This document shows positions 35,742 through 44,326 of a DNA stretch of 64,000 bases, piece after piece. Position numbers and translations under genes: made by a program. Source of the stretch: Acidobacteriota bacterium (lineage in GTDB: Bacteria > Acidobacteriota > Vicinamibacteria > Vicinamibacterales > CAVVIG01); assembly GCA_046728115.1 (NCBI GenBank), contig JBKPDW010000197.1, positions 16,151 through 80,150 on the forward strand, given 5' to 3'. Under the pieces are notes generated by a model. The model did no database searches. It saw nothing but the letters and a program-made list of their open reading frames with translations, and had not been told where the DNA came from. Within the stretch, counting starts at the first letter, position 1; every line of letters begins with the position of its first letter.

Positions 35742-35860
35742 GGTAGTCGCAAGTCTTCAGTCATCAGTCGCAAGTCATAGTCCACGTCGGACGACATCCC
35801 TCTGGAGCGTCGAGCCAGGCCCGCGACCCGAGACTGGAGACAAGTGACTGGCGACTACGG
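35742..35860. repeat. AGTCGCAAGTC word hairpin immediately 5' of tRNA-Gln
   Basis: Left arm GGTAGTCGCAAGTCttcAGTCatcAGTCGCAAGTCatAGTCC. Right arm GACTggagacaAGTGACTGGCGACTACGG abuts the tRNA 5' end. Confidence 0.6.
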
Positions 35861-35935
35861 TGGGGCGTGGCCAAGCGGTAAGGCGCGGGACTTTGGATCC
35901 CGTATTCGAAGGTTCGAATCCTTCCGCCCCAGCCA
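35861..35935 (+). tRNA. tRNA-Gln (anticodon UUG), CCA encoded
   Basis: tggggcg...cgggaCTTTGGAtcccg...ggttcgaatcc...cgccccaGCCA. Manual cloverleaf with 7-bp acceptor and anticodon loop cuUUGga. Confidence 0.93.
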
Positions 35936-35972
35936 ACACGGAGAGGCTGACGTGGTAACGGACGATCTGTTC

Positions 35973-36920
35973 ATGGCCGGATTCGGCGAATTGAAGATCT
36001 TTTCCGGCAGCGCCCATCCGGAACTGGCCCGGCAGATCGCGGGGTTCCTCGGTGTGGCGGTCGGTCAGGCCCGGCTCCGTCGGTTCCCGGATTCGGAGGT
36101 TTCGTTTCAGATCGACGAAAACATCCGTGGGACGGATGTGTTCATCGTGCAGCCGACATGTGCGCCGGTCGATGAGCACATCATGGAGCTGCTGATCATG
36201 ATCGATGCGTTCAAGCGATCGTCAGCGGCCCGGATCACGGCGGTGGTGCCGTACTTCGGCTACGCACGCCAGGATCGCAAGGACAAGCCGCGCGTGCCCA
36301 TTTCGGCCAAGCTCGTCGCCAACATCCTGAGCGCTGCCGGAACGAACCGCGTCCTGACGATGGATCTGCACAAGGCGCAGATTCAGGGGTTCTTTGACAT
36401 TCCCGTGGACCATCTGTTCGCCGCGCCGGTGATCATCGATTATCTGTCGCGCCTCGATTACCCGCGCCGTACGCTCGTTTCCCCGGACGCGGGCGGCGCC
36501 GAGCGCGCGCGTGCGTACGCCAAGCGGCTCGATGCCGAGCTCGCCGTGATCGACAAGCGCCGCACCGACGATGGGACCGCCGAAGTGATGAACGTGATCG
36601 GCGACGTCGAGGGCCGCACCTGCATTCTGCAGGACGACATCATCGACACTGCGGGGACGATCACGAAAGCAGCCGCGGCGTTGAAGGCAAGCGGAGCGGA
36701 GCGGGTGTTCGCCTGCGCCGTGCACGGCGTACTGTCAGGGCCGGCGATCGATCGGATCGAGAAGTCGCCGATCGACAAGTTGATCGTGACGAATACGATT
36801 CCGCCCGGGCAGGCGACGACGGCGTGCCACAAGATCGAGGTGCTGTCGGTCGCGCGTCTGCTCGGACAAGCCATCAAGAGCATTCATGAAGAAACGTCGG
36901 TTTCGTCGTTGTTCGTGTAG
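35973..36920 (+). CDS. prs: Ribose-phosphate pyrophosphokinase
   Basis: LKIFSGSAHPELARQIA, GYARQDRK, DLHKAQIQGFF and ILQDDIIDTAGT. The ORF-track start lies inside the tRNA. Confidence 0.95.
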   Translation: MAGFGELKIFSGSAHPELARQIAGFLGVAVGQARLRRFPDSEVSFQIDENIRGTDVFIVQPTCAPVDEHIMELLIMIDAFKRSSAARITAVVPYFGYARQDRKDKPRVPISAKLVANILSAAGTNRVLTMDLHKAQIQGFFDIPVDHLFAAPVIIDYLSRLDYPRRTLVSPDAGGAERARAYAKRLDAELAVIDKRRTDDGTAEVMNVIGDVEGRTCILQDDIIDTAGTITKAAAALKASGAERVFACAVHGVLSGPAIDRIEKSPIDKLIVTNTIPPGQATTACHKIEVLSVARLLGQAIKSIHEETSVSSLFV

Positions 36921-36975
36921 CAATGGTTCAGGATCAGTATTAGGGGTCAGTGATTAGCTGTTAGGAATCAGCGAT
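36921..36975. repeat. TCAG(G/T)GAT / TTAGG word spacer upstream of rplY
   Basis: caatGGTTCAGGATCAGTATTAGGGGTCAGTGATTAGCTGTTAGGAATCAGCGAT. Confidence 0.45.
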
Positions 36976-37665
36976 ATGGAAGCGATACTGGAAGCATCAC
37001 ATCGGGAAACATTCGGCAAGAACGAAGCGCGCCGTACGCGTCGCGAAGGGAAGGTGCCGGCAGTACTCTACGGCGGCGACGGCAGTCAGGCGACGCCGAT
37101 CGCGGTGGCGCCCAAGGCCCTGCTGAAGATCCTGCATTCCGAGTCTGGACAGAACACGCTCATCTCACTGAAGTTGCCGGAAGGCGGCGACACCCGCGTC
37201 CTCGTCAAGGATTTCCAGCTCGATCCGATCACACATCACGTACTGCATGCGGATTTCTATCGTGTGGCCATGGATCGCGCGATTCAGGTCACGATTCCCG
37301 TGATAACCCGCGGCGAGCCGAAGGGCGTCAAGCAGCAGGGCGGTATTCTCGAGATCATCCGGCGTGAAATCGAGATTGAATGTCTGCCCGGCGACATCCC
37401 CGAGGGCATCGATCTCGACGTCAGCGAGCTGATGGTGCACCAGGGCATTCGCGTCCGCGACATCCCCGGCAGCCCGAAATGGAAAGCGCTGACCGAGGGC
37501 GAGGCGATGCTGGTCCACGTGATCATGCCGAAGGTCGAAGAAGTGGCGGCGCCGGCCGAGGGCGCTGTTGCCGTCGCCGCACCGGCCGCACCGGCAGAGC
37601 CCGAGGTCATCAAGAAGGGCAAGAAGGAAGAGGAAGCGGAAGTCAAGGAAGAGAAGAAGAAATAG
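36976..37665 (+). CDS. rplY: 50S ribosomal protein L25 / general stress protein Ctc
   Basis: RETFGKNEARRTRREGKVPAVLYG...HADFYRV. Acidic/lysine-rich C-terminal tail. Confidence 0.9.
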   Translation: MEAILEASHRETFGKNEARRTRREGKVPAVLYGGDGSQATPIAVAPKALLKILHSESGQNTLISLKLPEGGDTRVLVKDFQLDPITHHVLHADFYRVAMDRAIQVTIPVITRGEPKGVKQQGGILEIIRREIEIECLPGDIPEGIDLDVSELMVHQGIRVRDIPGSPKWKALTEGEAMLVHVIMPKVEEVAAPAEGAVAVAAPAAPAEPEVIKKGKKEEEAEVKEEKKK

Positions 37666-37669
37666 ACCG

Positions 37670-37724
37670 TTCAGAGTTCAGATTTCAGAGTTCAGATTGA
37701 TTTCAGAGTTTAGAGTTCAGATTG
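37670..37724. repeat. TTCAGAG word array between rplY and pth (same family as 25193-25267)
   Basis: gTTCAGAGTTCAGATTTCAGAGTTCAGATTGATTTCAGAGTTTAGAGTTCAGATTG. The final TTG is the pth start codon. Confidence 0.8.
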
Positions 37725-38327
37725 AAAGCGATCGTCGGACTCGGAAATCCGGGCACGGAATACAAGCGGACACGTCACAACGTCGGGTTCGAAGTGGTAG
37801 ACGAGCTGGCGCGCCGCTGCAGCGTGCGGCTCAGGGCGTGGAAGTCGGTGGCGGATCTTGCGGTAATCAGCGGTCGAGACGTCATCCTGGCCGAGCCGAA
37901 GACGTTCATGAACAACAGCGGCCAGGCCGTCCGCGCGGTGGCGGATTTCTACCAGCTCGAGCCGCACGACGTGCTCGTGATTGTCGACGAAGCGCAGCTG
38001 CCGCTCGGTCGTCTGCGGTTGCGCCGGTCGGGATCGGCCGGCGGACACAACGGGTTGAAGTCGATCATCGAGCATCTCGGCAGCGACTTTCCGAGGTTGC
38101 GCATCGGCATCGATCGCGGCGACCGGCGATGGGACCTGGCGGATCGGGTGCTGTCGCGGTTTCTGCCGGCCGAGCGCGACGTCGTGGACGCCGCGATTGC
38201 GCGGGCGGCAGACGCGGCAGAAGCGTTTATCGACGAAGGGATCGAACCGGCCATGAACCGGTTCAACGCGGCGGAAGACAACGTTAGCGAAAGACCGGCA
38301 ACAGAAGGACCGGGAACAACTGAATAG
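37722..38327 (+). CDS. pth: Peptidyl-tRNA hydrolase
   Basis: TTG start. (M)KAIVGLGNPGTEYKRTRHNVGF...GHNGLKS. Confidence 0.9.
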   Translation: MKAIVGLGNPGTEYKRTRHNVGFEVVDELARRCSVRLRAWKSVADLAVISGRDVILAEPKTFMNNSGQAVRAVADFYQLEPHDVLVIVDEAQLPLGRLRLRRSGSAGGHNGLKSIIEHLGSDFPRLRIGIDRGDRRWDLADRVLSRFLPAERDVVDAAIARAADAAEAFIDEGIEPAMNRFNAAEDNVSERPATEGPGTTE

Positions 38328-38369
38328 CGCCGACGTGGCGCCACCTTGCCACCTGAGGGTGGCCGGCGT

Positions 38370-38460
38370 TCATTGCAAATTGCAGATTGCCAAATTGCTG
38401 ATTGATTGATCATTTCACAGTTCAATCAGCAATTGGCACCCGGCAATCAGCAACAATCGC
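38370..38460. repeat. ATTGCAAAT/CAATTGC word hairpin between pth and rpsF
   Basis: CATTGCAAATTGCAGATTGCCAAATTGCTGATTGAttgatcatttcacagtTCAATCAGCAATTGGCAcccGGCAATCAGCAAcaatcgc. The stem pairs 38388-38405 with 38422-38438. Confidence 0.7.
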
Positions 38461-38480
38461 TGTCCAGAAGGAGCATTGAA

Positions 38481-38933
38481 GTGGCTGATCGACAGTACGA
38501 GCTCGTCTACATCCTTCCTCCCGAAACAACCGAGCAGCAGGTGGCCGAGCTGCACGCACAGGTCGAATCGGTGGTGTCGCGTATGAACGGCGCGATCGAG
38601 AAGACCGAGAACTGGGGCCGCAAGCGCCTCGCCTACGAGATCGGCCGCAACAAAGAGGGCGTCTACGTCCTCGAACTGATCAACGGATCCGGAGAACTGA
38701 TGAAGGAGCTGGATCGCCGCCTGAAGGTGGTCGATCTCGTCATGCGGCACCTGATCGTCCGCGTGGACGACGAAAAGAAAGTCGTCGAACGGACGCAGAC
38801 CAAGCGCCGGACCGAGTCCGAGCGCCGGCGCGTCAAGCGCGGCCTGCCGCCGCAGCGACAGCCCGGCGAAGGCCGTGCGTCCAGCGATCTCGACGAAACC
38901 GATGACGATCGTTTTGACGGAGTGGAGGTCTGA
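38481..38933 (+). CDS. rpsF: 30S ribosomal protein S6
   Basis: GTG start after gaaggag. [21 protein letters not shown]...[12 protein letters not shown]. Acidic C-terminal extension. Confidence 0.9.
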   Translation: MADRQYELVYILPPETTEQQVAELHAQVESVVSRMNGAIEKTENWGRKRLAYEIGRNKEGVYVLELINGSGELMKELDRRLKVVDLVMRHLIVRVDDEKKVVERTQTKRRTESERRRVKRGLPPQRQPGEGRASSDLDETDDDRFDGVEV

Positions 38934-38934
38934 C

Positions 38935-39234
38935 GTGGCATTCGGACACGGACGTTCAGGCGGCCGAGGCCGCGGTGGCGACAAGAAGGCCAGCGACAAG
39001 GAGAAGGGTCAGCGCCGTACGCTGTTCCGTCGCCGAAAGGTCTGCAAGTTCTGCGCGGACAAGATCGACGACATCAACTACAAGGACGTGAAACTGCTGG
39101 GGCCGTTCGTGCCGGAGCGAGGCAAGATCCTGCCGCGCCGCATCTCGGGCACGTGCGCGATGCACCAGCGGAAGCTGCAGGTCGCGATCAAGCGCGCGCG
39201 GCAGATTGCATTGATTCCATACGTGACGGACTAA
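38935..39234 (+). CDS. rpsR: 30S ribosomal protein S18
   Basis: GTG start after ggagg. [56 protein letters not shown]. Confidence 0.9.
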   Translation: MAFGHGRSGGRGRGGDKKASDKEKGQRRTLFRRRKVCKFCADKIDDINYKDVKLLGPFVPERGKILPRRISGTCAMHQRKLQVAIKRARQIALIPYVTD

Positions 39235-39327
39235 GACGACAAGGACCGTCGAGACCGCGAAGACCGCAAAGCCTGTCGATCCTTTGCGGGCCTGTCGGCC
39301 CTTGCGGTCCAGCTCGAGGACAAGACG

Positions 39328-39789
39328 ATGGAAGTAATCCTCAGAACGCACGTCGACAATCTCGGCCGCCGCGGCGAGGTGGTGAAAGTCGCGGACGGCT
39401 ACGCGCGCAACTATCTCCTGCCGCGGAAGCTGGCGCTGGTGGCAACCGAGGGGAACAAGAAGCAGATCGAGCGCGAGCGCGCGAAGTTCGACGCGCAGGA
39501 GGTCGAAGAGCAGAAGGTCGCCTCCGCCGTCGCGGAGCGGCTCGCGGGTGTCGAGATCGAAATCGCCCGCAAGGTCGGCGAGACCGAAGCCTTGTACGGA
39601 TCGGTGACCAGCGCAGACATTGCGGAGGCACTGCGCGCCAGGGGCTTCGACCTTGACCGGAAAAAGCTCGGTCTCCACGAGCCGATCAAGAAGCTCGGTG
39701 ACTTCGACGTGCCGATCAAATTGCATCGCGACGTGATGACCCACGTCAAGCTTCGGGTGATTGCCGAAAAAAGCGAAAATGAAAAGTAA
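39328..39789 (+). CDS. rplI: 50S ribosomal protein L9
   Basis: MEVILRTHVDNLGRRGEVVKVADGYARNYLLPRKLA. Confidence 0.95.
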   Translation: MEVILRTHVDNLGRRGEVVKVADGYARNYLLPRKLALVATEGNKKQIERERAKFDAQEVEEQKVASAVAERLAGVEIEIARKVGETEALYGSVTSADIAEALRARGFDLDRKKLGLHEPIKKLGDFDVPIKLHRDVMTHVKLRVIAEKSENEK

Positions 39790-39886
39790 TGAAAAGTAAG
39801 AAGTCAAAAGTCAGAAGTCAGAAGTAGAATTCGTCAGATTCGACCCTTCGCACGTCTGACTTTTGACTTCCTACTTCTGACTTTCA
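39778..39886. repeat. AAGTCAG word hairpin between rplI and dnaB
   Basis: ATGAAAAGTAATGAAAAGTAAGAAGTCAAAAGTCAGAAGTCAGAAGTAG...TCTGACTTTTGACTTCCTACTTCTGACTTTCAG. GAAGTCAAAAGTCAGA and TCTGACTTTTGACTTC are exact reverse complements. The array ends at the dnaB GTG. Confidence 0.8.
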
Positions 39887-41236
39887 GTGTCCGACCTCGC
39901 AGCACGCGTCCCGCCGCACAACCTCGAGGCCGAACGGTCGGTGCTCGGCGCCATCCTGCTGCATAACGACGCCTTCAACCTCGCCGCCGAGGTGATCGAC
40001 TCCGCCGACTTCTACCGCGAGGCGCACCGGCGCATCTTCGACAAGATGGTCAGGCTTGCCGAGCGCGGCGATGCGATCGATCTCGTCACGCTGAAAGAAG
40101 AGCTCGGCCGATCCGGAGATCTCGACGAGGTGGGGGGGCCCGCCTACATCACGGCGCTCGTCGACGGCGTGCCGCGGTCGACCAACGTCGAGCACTACGC
40201 CCGCATCATCAAGGAAAAGGCCACCCTGCGGAACCTGATCTTCTCCGCGAACAAGATTCTCGCGACGGCCTACGACGGCGAGGAAGAAGCCGACGTGATC
40301 CTCGACCAGGCCGAGCACGCGATCTTTGCGATTGCGGACGACAAGGTCCGGGACGGATTCATCTCGCTGCGCGATCTCGCGCAGTCGAGCCTCGAGACGA
40401 TCGAACGGCTGCACTCGCGCAAGGAACTCATCACCGGCGTACCGACCGGATTCACCGATCTCGACGAATTGACGTCGGGACTCCAGCCGGCCGATCTGAT
40501 CATCGTCGCGGCACGGCCGTCGATGGGCAAGACCAGCCTCGTGCTGAACGTCGCACAGCACGTCGGCACCCGCACCGACATGACGGTGGGTGTCTTCAGC
40601 CTCGAAATGTCGAAGGAGCAGTTGTTCCTCCGCATGCTCACGGCCGAAGCGCGCATCGACGCGCACCGGCTGCGCGGCGGGTTCCTGGGCGAGCGTGACT
40701 GGGGAAAGCTGTCGCAGGCGGTCGGGACGCTCAGCGAGGGGAAGATCTTCATCGACGATACGCCGTCGATTGGCGTGCTCGAGATGCGCGCGAAGTGTCG
40801 ACGGCTGGCATCGGAGCACGGACTGCACCTCGTGATCGTGGACTACATCCAGTTGATGCAGAGCCGCGGCCGCTTCGAGAACCGCACGCTCGAGCTCGCG
40901 TCGATCTCACGCGCGCTCAAGGGCCTCGCGAAAGAGCTCAATGTGCCGGTCGTGGTGCTGTCGCAGTTGAGCCGCGCGCCAGAATCGCGCTCGGATCATC
41001 GTCCGCAGCTCTCCGACCTCCGCGAGTCTGGCGCCCTCGAGCAGGATGCCGACGTGGTCATCTTCATCTACCGCGAGGATCAGTACGCCGACAGGAACCA
41101 GCCGCCTACCGACGCGGAAGGCATCGCGGAGCTGATCGTCGGCAAACAGCGCAACGGACCCACCGGCATCGTCAAACTCGCCTTCATACGCGAATACACC
41201 CGCTTCGAAAATCTCGCGATAGGGGCTGAGGGCTAG
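39887..41236 (+). CDS. dnaB: Replicative DNA helicase DnaB
   Basis: PPHNLEAERSVLGAILL, ARPSMGKTS (Walker A), IVDYIQLM, LSQLSRAPE and RESGALEQDAD. Confidence 0.95.
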   Translation: MSDLAARVPPHNLEAERSVLGAILLHNDAFNLAAEVIDSADFYREAHRRIFDKMVRLAERGDAIDLVTLKEELGRSGDLDEVGGPAYITALVDGVPRSTNVEHYARIIKEKATLRNLIFSANKILATAYDGEEEADVILDQAEHAIFAIADDKVRDGFISLRDLAQSSLETIERLHSRKELITGVPTGFTDLDELTSGLQPADLIIVAARPSMGKTSLVLNVAQHVGTRTDMTVGVFSLEMSKEQLFLRMLTAEARIDAHRLRGGFLGERDWGKLSQAVGTLSEGKIFIDDTPSIGVLEMRAKCRRLASEHGLHLVIVDYIQLMQSRGRFENRTLELASISRALKGLAKELNVPVVVLSQLSRAPESRSDHRPQLSDLRESGALEQDADVVIFIYREDQYADRNQPPTDAEGIAELIVGKQRNGPTGIVKLAFIREYTRFENLAIGAEG

Positions 41237-41245
41237 CGCCTCCAA

Positions 41246-41274
41246 CCTCCGTCCCTTCTGGTGGGCACGGAGGT
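41246..41274 (+). terminator. Hairpin after dnaB (ACCTCCGT word)
   Basis: ACCTCCGTCCCttctggtGGGCACGGAGGT. Lies 10 nt after the dnaB stop. No U-tract. Confidence 0.4.
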
Positions 41275-41310
41275 CGCGCAAAAAGGCCCTTGACAAACAG
41301 TCGATTCTCT

Positions 41311-41350
41311 GGCAACAGTAATACTGTGCTAGTTCAGTAGCACAGTTGCC
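41311..41350. promoter_or_regulatory. Nested palindromes upstream of the GntR gene (candidate operator)
   Basis: GGCAACAGTAATACTGTGCTAGTTCAGTAGCACAGTTGCC. Contains ACAGTAaTACTGT and ACTGTGCTAgttcagTAGCACAGT. A TTGACA sits at 41290-41295. Confidence 0.4.
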
Positions 41351-41353
41351 CCG

Positions 41354-41749
41354 ATGCTGTTCCGGACCAATCCGTCGCTCGGCGTGCCGATCTACCTCCA
41401 GCTGATGGAGCAGGTGAAACACGCGATCGAAACCGGCGCCCTGCGGCCGGGCGATCAGCTGCCGGGAATCCGTCCGCTTGCGGAGGAGCTGGTCATCAAC
41501 CCCAACACCGTCGCCAAGGCCTATCGGGAGCTCGAGCACGAGGGCGTGATCGAGCTCCGCCATGGCGCGGGTGCATTCGTTGCCGAAACGGCGCGGGCGA
41601 CGAAGTCGACCGGCCTGCGCGCGGCGCAGGCCGTCGTGGCGGCAGCAATCGAGAAGCTGCACGCGCGCGGTGTGACCGATGAGGAAATTCGCCGGCTGTT
41701 CGAAGCGGAGCTGGCAGGCCTGACCAGGGCGGGAGTGGAGCATGGCTGA
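41354..41749 (+). CDS. GntR-family transcriptional regulator (short YtrA-like subfamily)
   Basis: PIYLQLMEQVKHAIETGALRPGDQLPGIRPLAEELVINPNTVAKAYRELEHEGVI. 131 aa. Confidence 0.85.
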   Translation: MLFRTNPSLGVPIYLQLMEQVKHAIETGALRPGDQLPGIRPLAEELVINPNTVAKAYRELEHEGVIELRHGAGAFVAETARATKSTGLRAAQAVVAAAIEKLHARGVTDEEIRRLFEAELAGLTRAGVEHG

Positions 41750-42641
41750 TCCGTTGACGATCGAAGCGGCCGATCTGCGCAAGGCGTACGGGACGGTCGA
41801 GGCGCTGCGGGGTTTGAACCTGCGTGTGCCCGCGGGATCGATCTGCGGGTTCGTGGGCAGGAACGGGGCCGGAAAAACCACGACGATCAAGATCCTCCTG
41901 GGTATGGTGCACGCGACCGCCGGAGACGCACGCGTTTTCGGTCTGCCTGTGCATGCACCGCAGTCCAACGTCGAAATCCGACGTCGCGTCGGCTTCGTGA
42001 GCGAGGACAAGGACCTGTTCGACACGATGAGCGTCGGCGACATGATTCGCTTCACCGCTTCGTTCTACCGGCGCTGGCGTGCCGATCTGGAGCAGCAGTA
42101 CCTGAATGCGTTCGAGCTGCCGCTCGATCGGAAAATCAAAGCGCTGTCGCGCGGCATGCGGACGAAGCTGGCCCTGCTGCTGGCCCTGTGCCGTGGCGCC
42201 GACCTGCTCGTGCTGGACGAGCCGACGTCCGGACTCGATCCCGCGATGACCGAGGAGGTCCTGCAGGCACTGGTCGCCCACGTCGCCAACGAGGAGATGA
42301 CCGTATTTTTTTCCTCGCACCAGATCGCCGAGGTCGAACAGGTCGCGGATCGCGTGGCGATCGTCGACCGGGGCCGAGTGGTGGTTGACGGCGCGCTGGA
42401 CGATTTGCGCGAGAGCTATCGCCGGGTGCAGCTCGTGTTCGATGGCGACGCCCCCGATCACACGTTCCGTGCGGCCGGTGTCGTCCGGACGCATCGAAAG
42501 GGCCGCGTGCTGAGCGTGCTGTCGAGCGCCGGCAGCGACGACATTCTTCAGGAAGCGCGTGCGCTCGGGCCCGCGTCGACGGACGTCGCACCCGTTGCGC
42601 TGAAAGAGATCTTCCTCGAGACCGTGGTGACGGAGGTTTGA
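41742..42641 (+). CDS. ABC transporter ATP-binding protein
   Basis: GRNGAGKTTT (Walker A), LSRGMRTKL (signature) and LLVLDEPTSGLD (Walker B). Confidence 0.9.
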   Translation: MADPLTIEAADLRKAYGTVEALRGLNLRVPAGSICGFVGRNGAGKTTTIKILLGMVHATAGDARVFGLPVHAPQSNVEIRRRVGFVSEDKDLFDTMSVGDMIRFTASFYRRWRADLEQQYLNAFELPLDRKIKALSRGMRTKLALLLALCRGADLLVLDEPTSGLDPAMTEEVLQALVAHVANEEMTVFFSSHQIAEVEQVADRVAIVDRGRVVVDGALDDLRESYRRVQLVFDGDAPDHTFRAAGVVRTHRKGRVLSVLSSAGSDDILQEARALGPASTDVAPVALKEIFLETVVTEV

Positions 42642-42642
42642 C

Positions 42643-43410
42643 ATGCTCTGGTACAAAGCCTGGCTCGATACCCGCTGGCGGTTCCTCGCAGGCCTGCTGA
42701 TCCTCGCCTGCGGCGCCGCTACGATCGTCTCCACCTATCCGAAGGTGGTGGAGCTGATGGCGAGCCTTCCCGCGATGGACAGCGGCGGAGCGCTGGGACA
42801 ACGGATTCGCGAGGCGGCGGCGTTGGGGCGGGAGTATCGCGGCTTCATCTGGTCGCAGTGGTGGCGGCAGACACCGACGCAGATCGGGACGTTGTTTGCC
42901 GTGCTGCTAGGCACGGGCGGGTTGGTGTCGCAATCTTCCGGCGTTGCGACGCTGTTCACGCTCTCGCTGCCCGTCTCGCGCAACCGGTTGCTGGCGACCC
43001 GCGCTGGAGCCGGTCTGGCAGAGTGGTTCGCATTGGCGTTGATCTCGTCCATGGTGATCCCGCTGCTTTCACCAGCGATAGGACAGACCTACAGCATCTG
43101 GAGCGCGCTGGTGCATGCGCTGTGCCTCTTCATGGCCGGCAGCGTGTTCTTCAGCCTTGCGCTGCTGCTGTCGACGGTGTTCAGCGACCTGTGGCGTCCG
43201 TTGCTGATGGGATGCGGTGTTGCATTGGCGCTCGCATCGTTTGAAATGGTCGTGCGCGACACATGGCCTTACACCTTGTTTCGCGTGATGAGCGGCGAGC
43301 TGTTTTTCCGAACTGGGCGGTTGCCATGGGTGGGGCTGTTTTCCAGTGCGGCGATATCGGCGGCGATGTTGTACCTGGCGGCTGTGAATTTCGCACGTCG
43401 GGACTTTTGA
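42643..43410 (+). CDS. ABC-2-type transporter permease-like membrane protein
   Basis: 255 aa with about 6 hydrophobic segments. Immediately follows the ATPase in a YtrA-type operon layout. Confidence 0.6.
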   Translation: MLWYKAWLDTRWRFLAGLLILACGAATIVSTYPKVVELMASLPAMDSGGALGQRIREAAALGREYRGFIWSQWWRQTPTQIGTLFAVLLGTGGLVSQSSGVATLFTLSLPVSRNRLLATRAGAGLAEWFALALISSMVIPLLSPAIGQTYSIWSALVHALCLFMAGSVFFSLALLLSTVFSDLWRPLLMGCGVALALASFEMVVRDTWPYTLFRVMSGELFFRTGRLPWVGLFSSAAISAAMLYLAAVNFARRDF

Positions 43411-43415
43411 GGGAA

Positions 43416-43503
43416 CTCTTCACCACGGAGGACACCCCGGACATGGAGCACACTTGTATGCACCAACCAACCCCGTGTCCTCGGTGTCCTCCGCGCTGGA
43501 GAG
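43416..43503 (+). repeat. Palindromic intergenic element, CACCACGGAGGACAC family, copy D
   Basis: CTCTTCACCACGGAGGACACCCCGGACATGGAGCACACttgtatgcaccaaccaaCCCCGTGTCCTCGGTGTCCTCCGCGCTGGAGAG. Confidence 0.8.
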
Positions 43504-43558
43504 CGCTACGAAGAGCCTAGGTGCAGTCTCTGAACCAGTTCTTCTGGAGGCAATTGCC

Positions 43559-44302
43559 ATGTCTGTTCCACGTCTGACATCGACGATCGTTGCGATGCTG
43601 CTGTTGGCGTCGCCGCTGGCGTTCGGGCAAGCTGCCGATGCGACGGGCCACTGGGAGGGCACGATCAAGGCGCCCGGCCGCGACGTCGCCATCGTGATCG
43701 ACCTTGGAAAGGGAAGCGGCGGCGAACTGATCGGCACGTTCGGCAACCCCGCGGAGCATCTGGCCGGATACCCGCTGTCGAACGTTGTCGTCGAGGGACA
43801 ATCGGTTCGGTTCGTCCTCAGCGCAGGTAATGGTGGCGGGCCATTCAACGGCGTTCTGTCCGCCGACGGCAAATCGATCGCGGGCGAGTTCTCGGCGACC
43901 ACTCCCAAGGGTCCGATGGCGGTTCCCTTCACACTGACCCGAACCGGAGACGCGAAGATCGAACTGCAGCCTCGTAGCGCAGCGATCGGAAAAGAGCTGG
44001 AGGGCACGTGGACAGCTGCAATCGAGGTCGAGGGGCGATCGCTGCACGTCACGATGAAACTGGCCAACCAGGCTGACGGCACATCGGCCGGCACCATCGC
44101 CACGGATGGAAGCAGCATCGAAATTCCGATCACCACAATCGCTCAGGATGGCTCCGCGCTGACGCTCGACGTCCGGATCGTCGGCGGGAGATTTGCCGGT
44201 GCGCTGAACGCCGATCGAACCGAGTTGGCCGGCACATGGACCCAGCAGTCGTTCGAAGCCCCAATCACGTTCAAGCGGGCAACGGCTGCAGGCCCGAAGT
44301 AG
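43559..44302 (+). CDS. Secreted protein with two similar beta-rich modules, hypothetical
   Basis: ATG 43559 with signal peptide MSVPRLTSTIVAMLLLASPLAFGQA. Repeated pattern GHWEGTIKAPG..VAIVIDL versus LEGTWTAAIEVEGRSLHVTMKL. Confidence 0.55.
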   Translation: MSVPRLTSTIVAMLLLASPLAFGQAADATGHWEGTIKAPGRDVAIVIDLGKGSGGELIGTFGNPAEHLAGYPLSNVVVEGQSVRFVLSAGNGGGPFNGVLSADGKSIAGEFSATTPKGPMAVPFTLTRTGDAKIELQPRSAAIGKELEGTWTAAIEVEGRSLHVTMKLANQADGTSAGTIATDGSSIEIPITTIAQDGSALTLDVRIVGGRFAGALNADRTELAGTWTQQSFEAPITFKRATAAGPK

Positions 44303-44326
44303 TGCCGGACGGTATGATCGAAGCCG

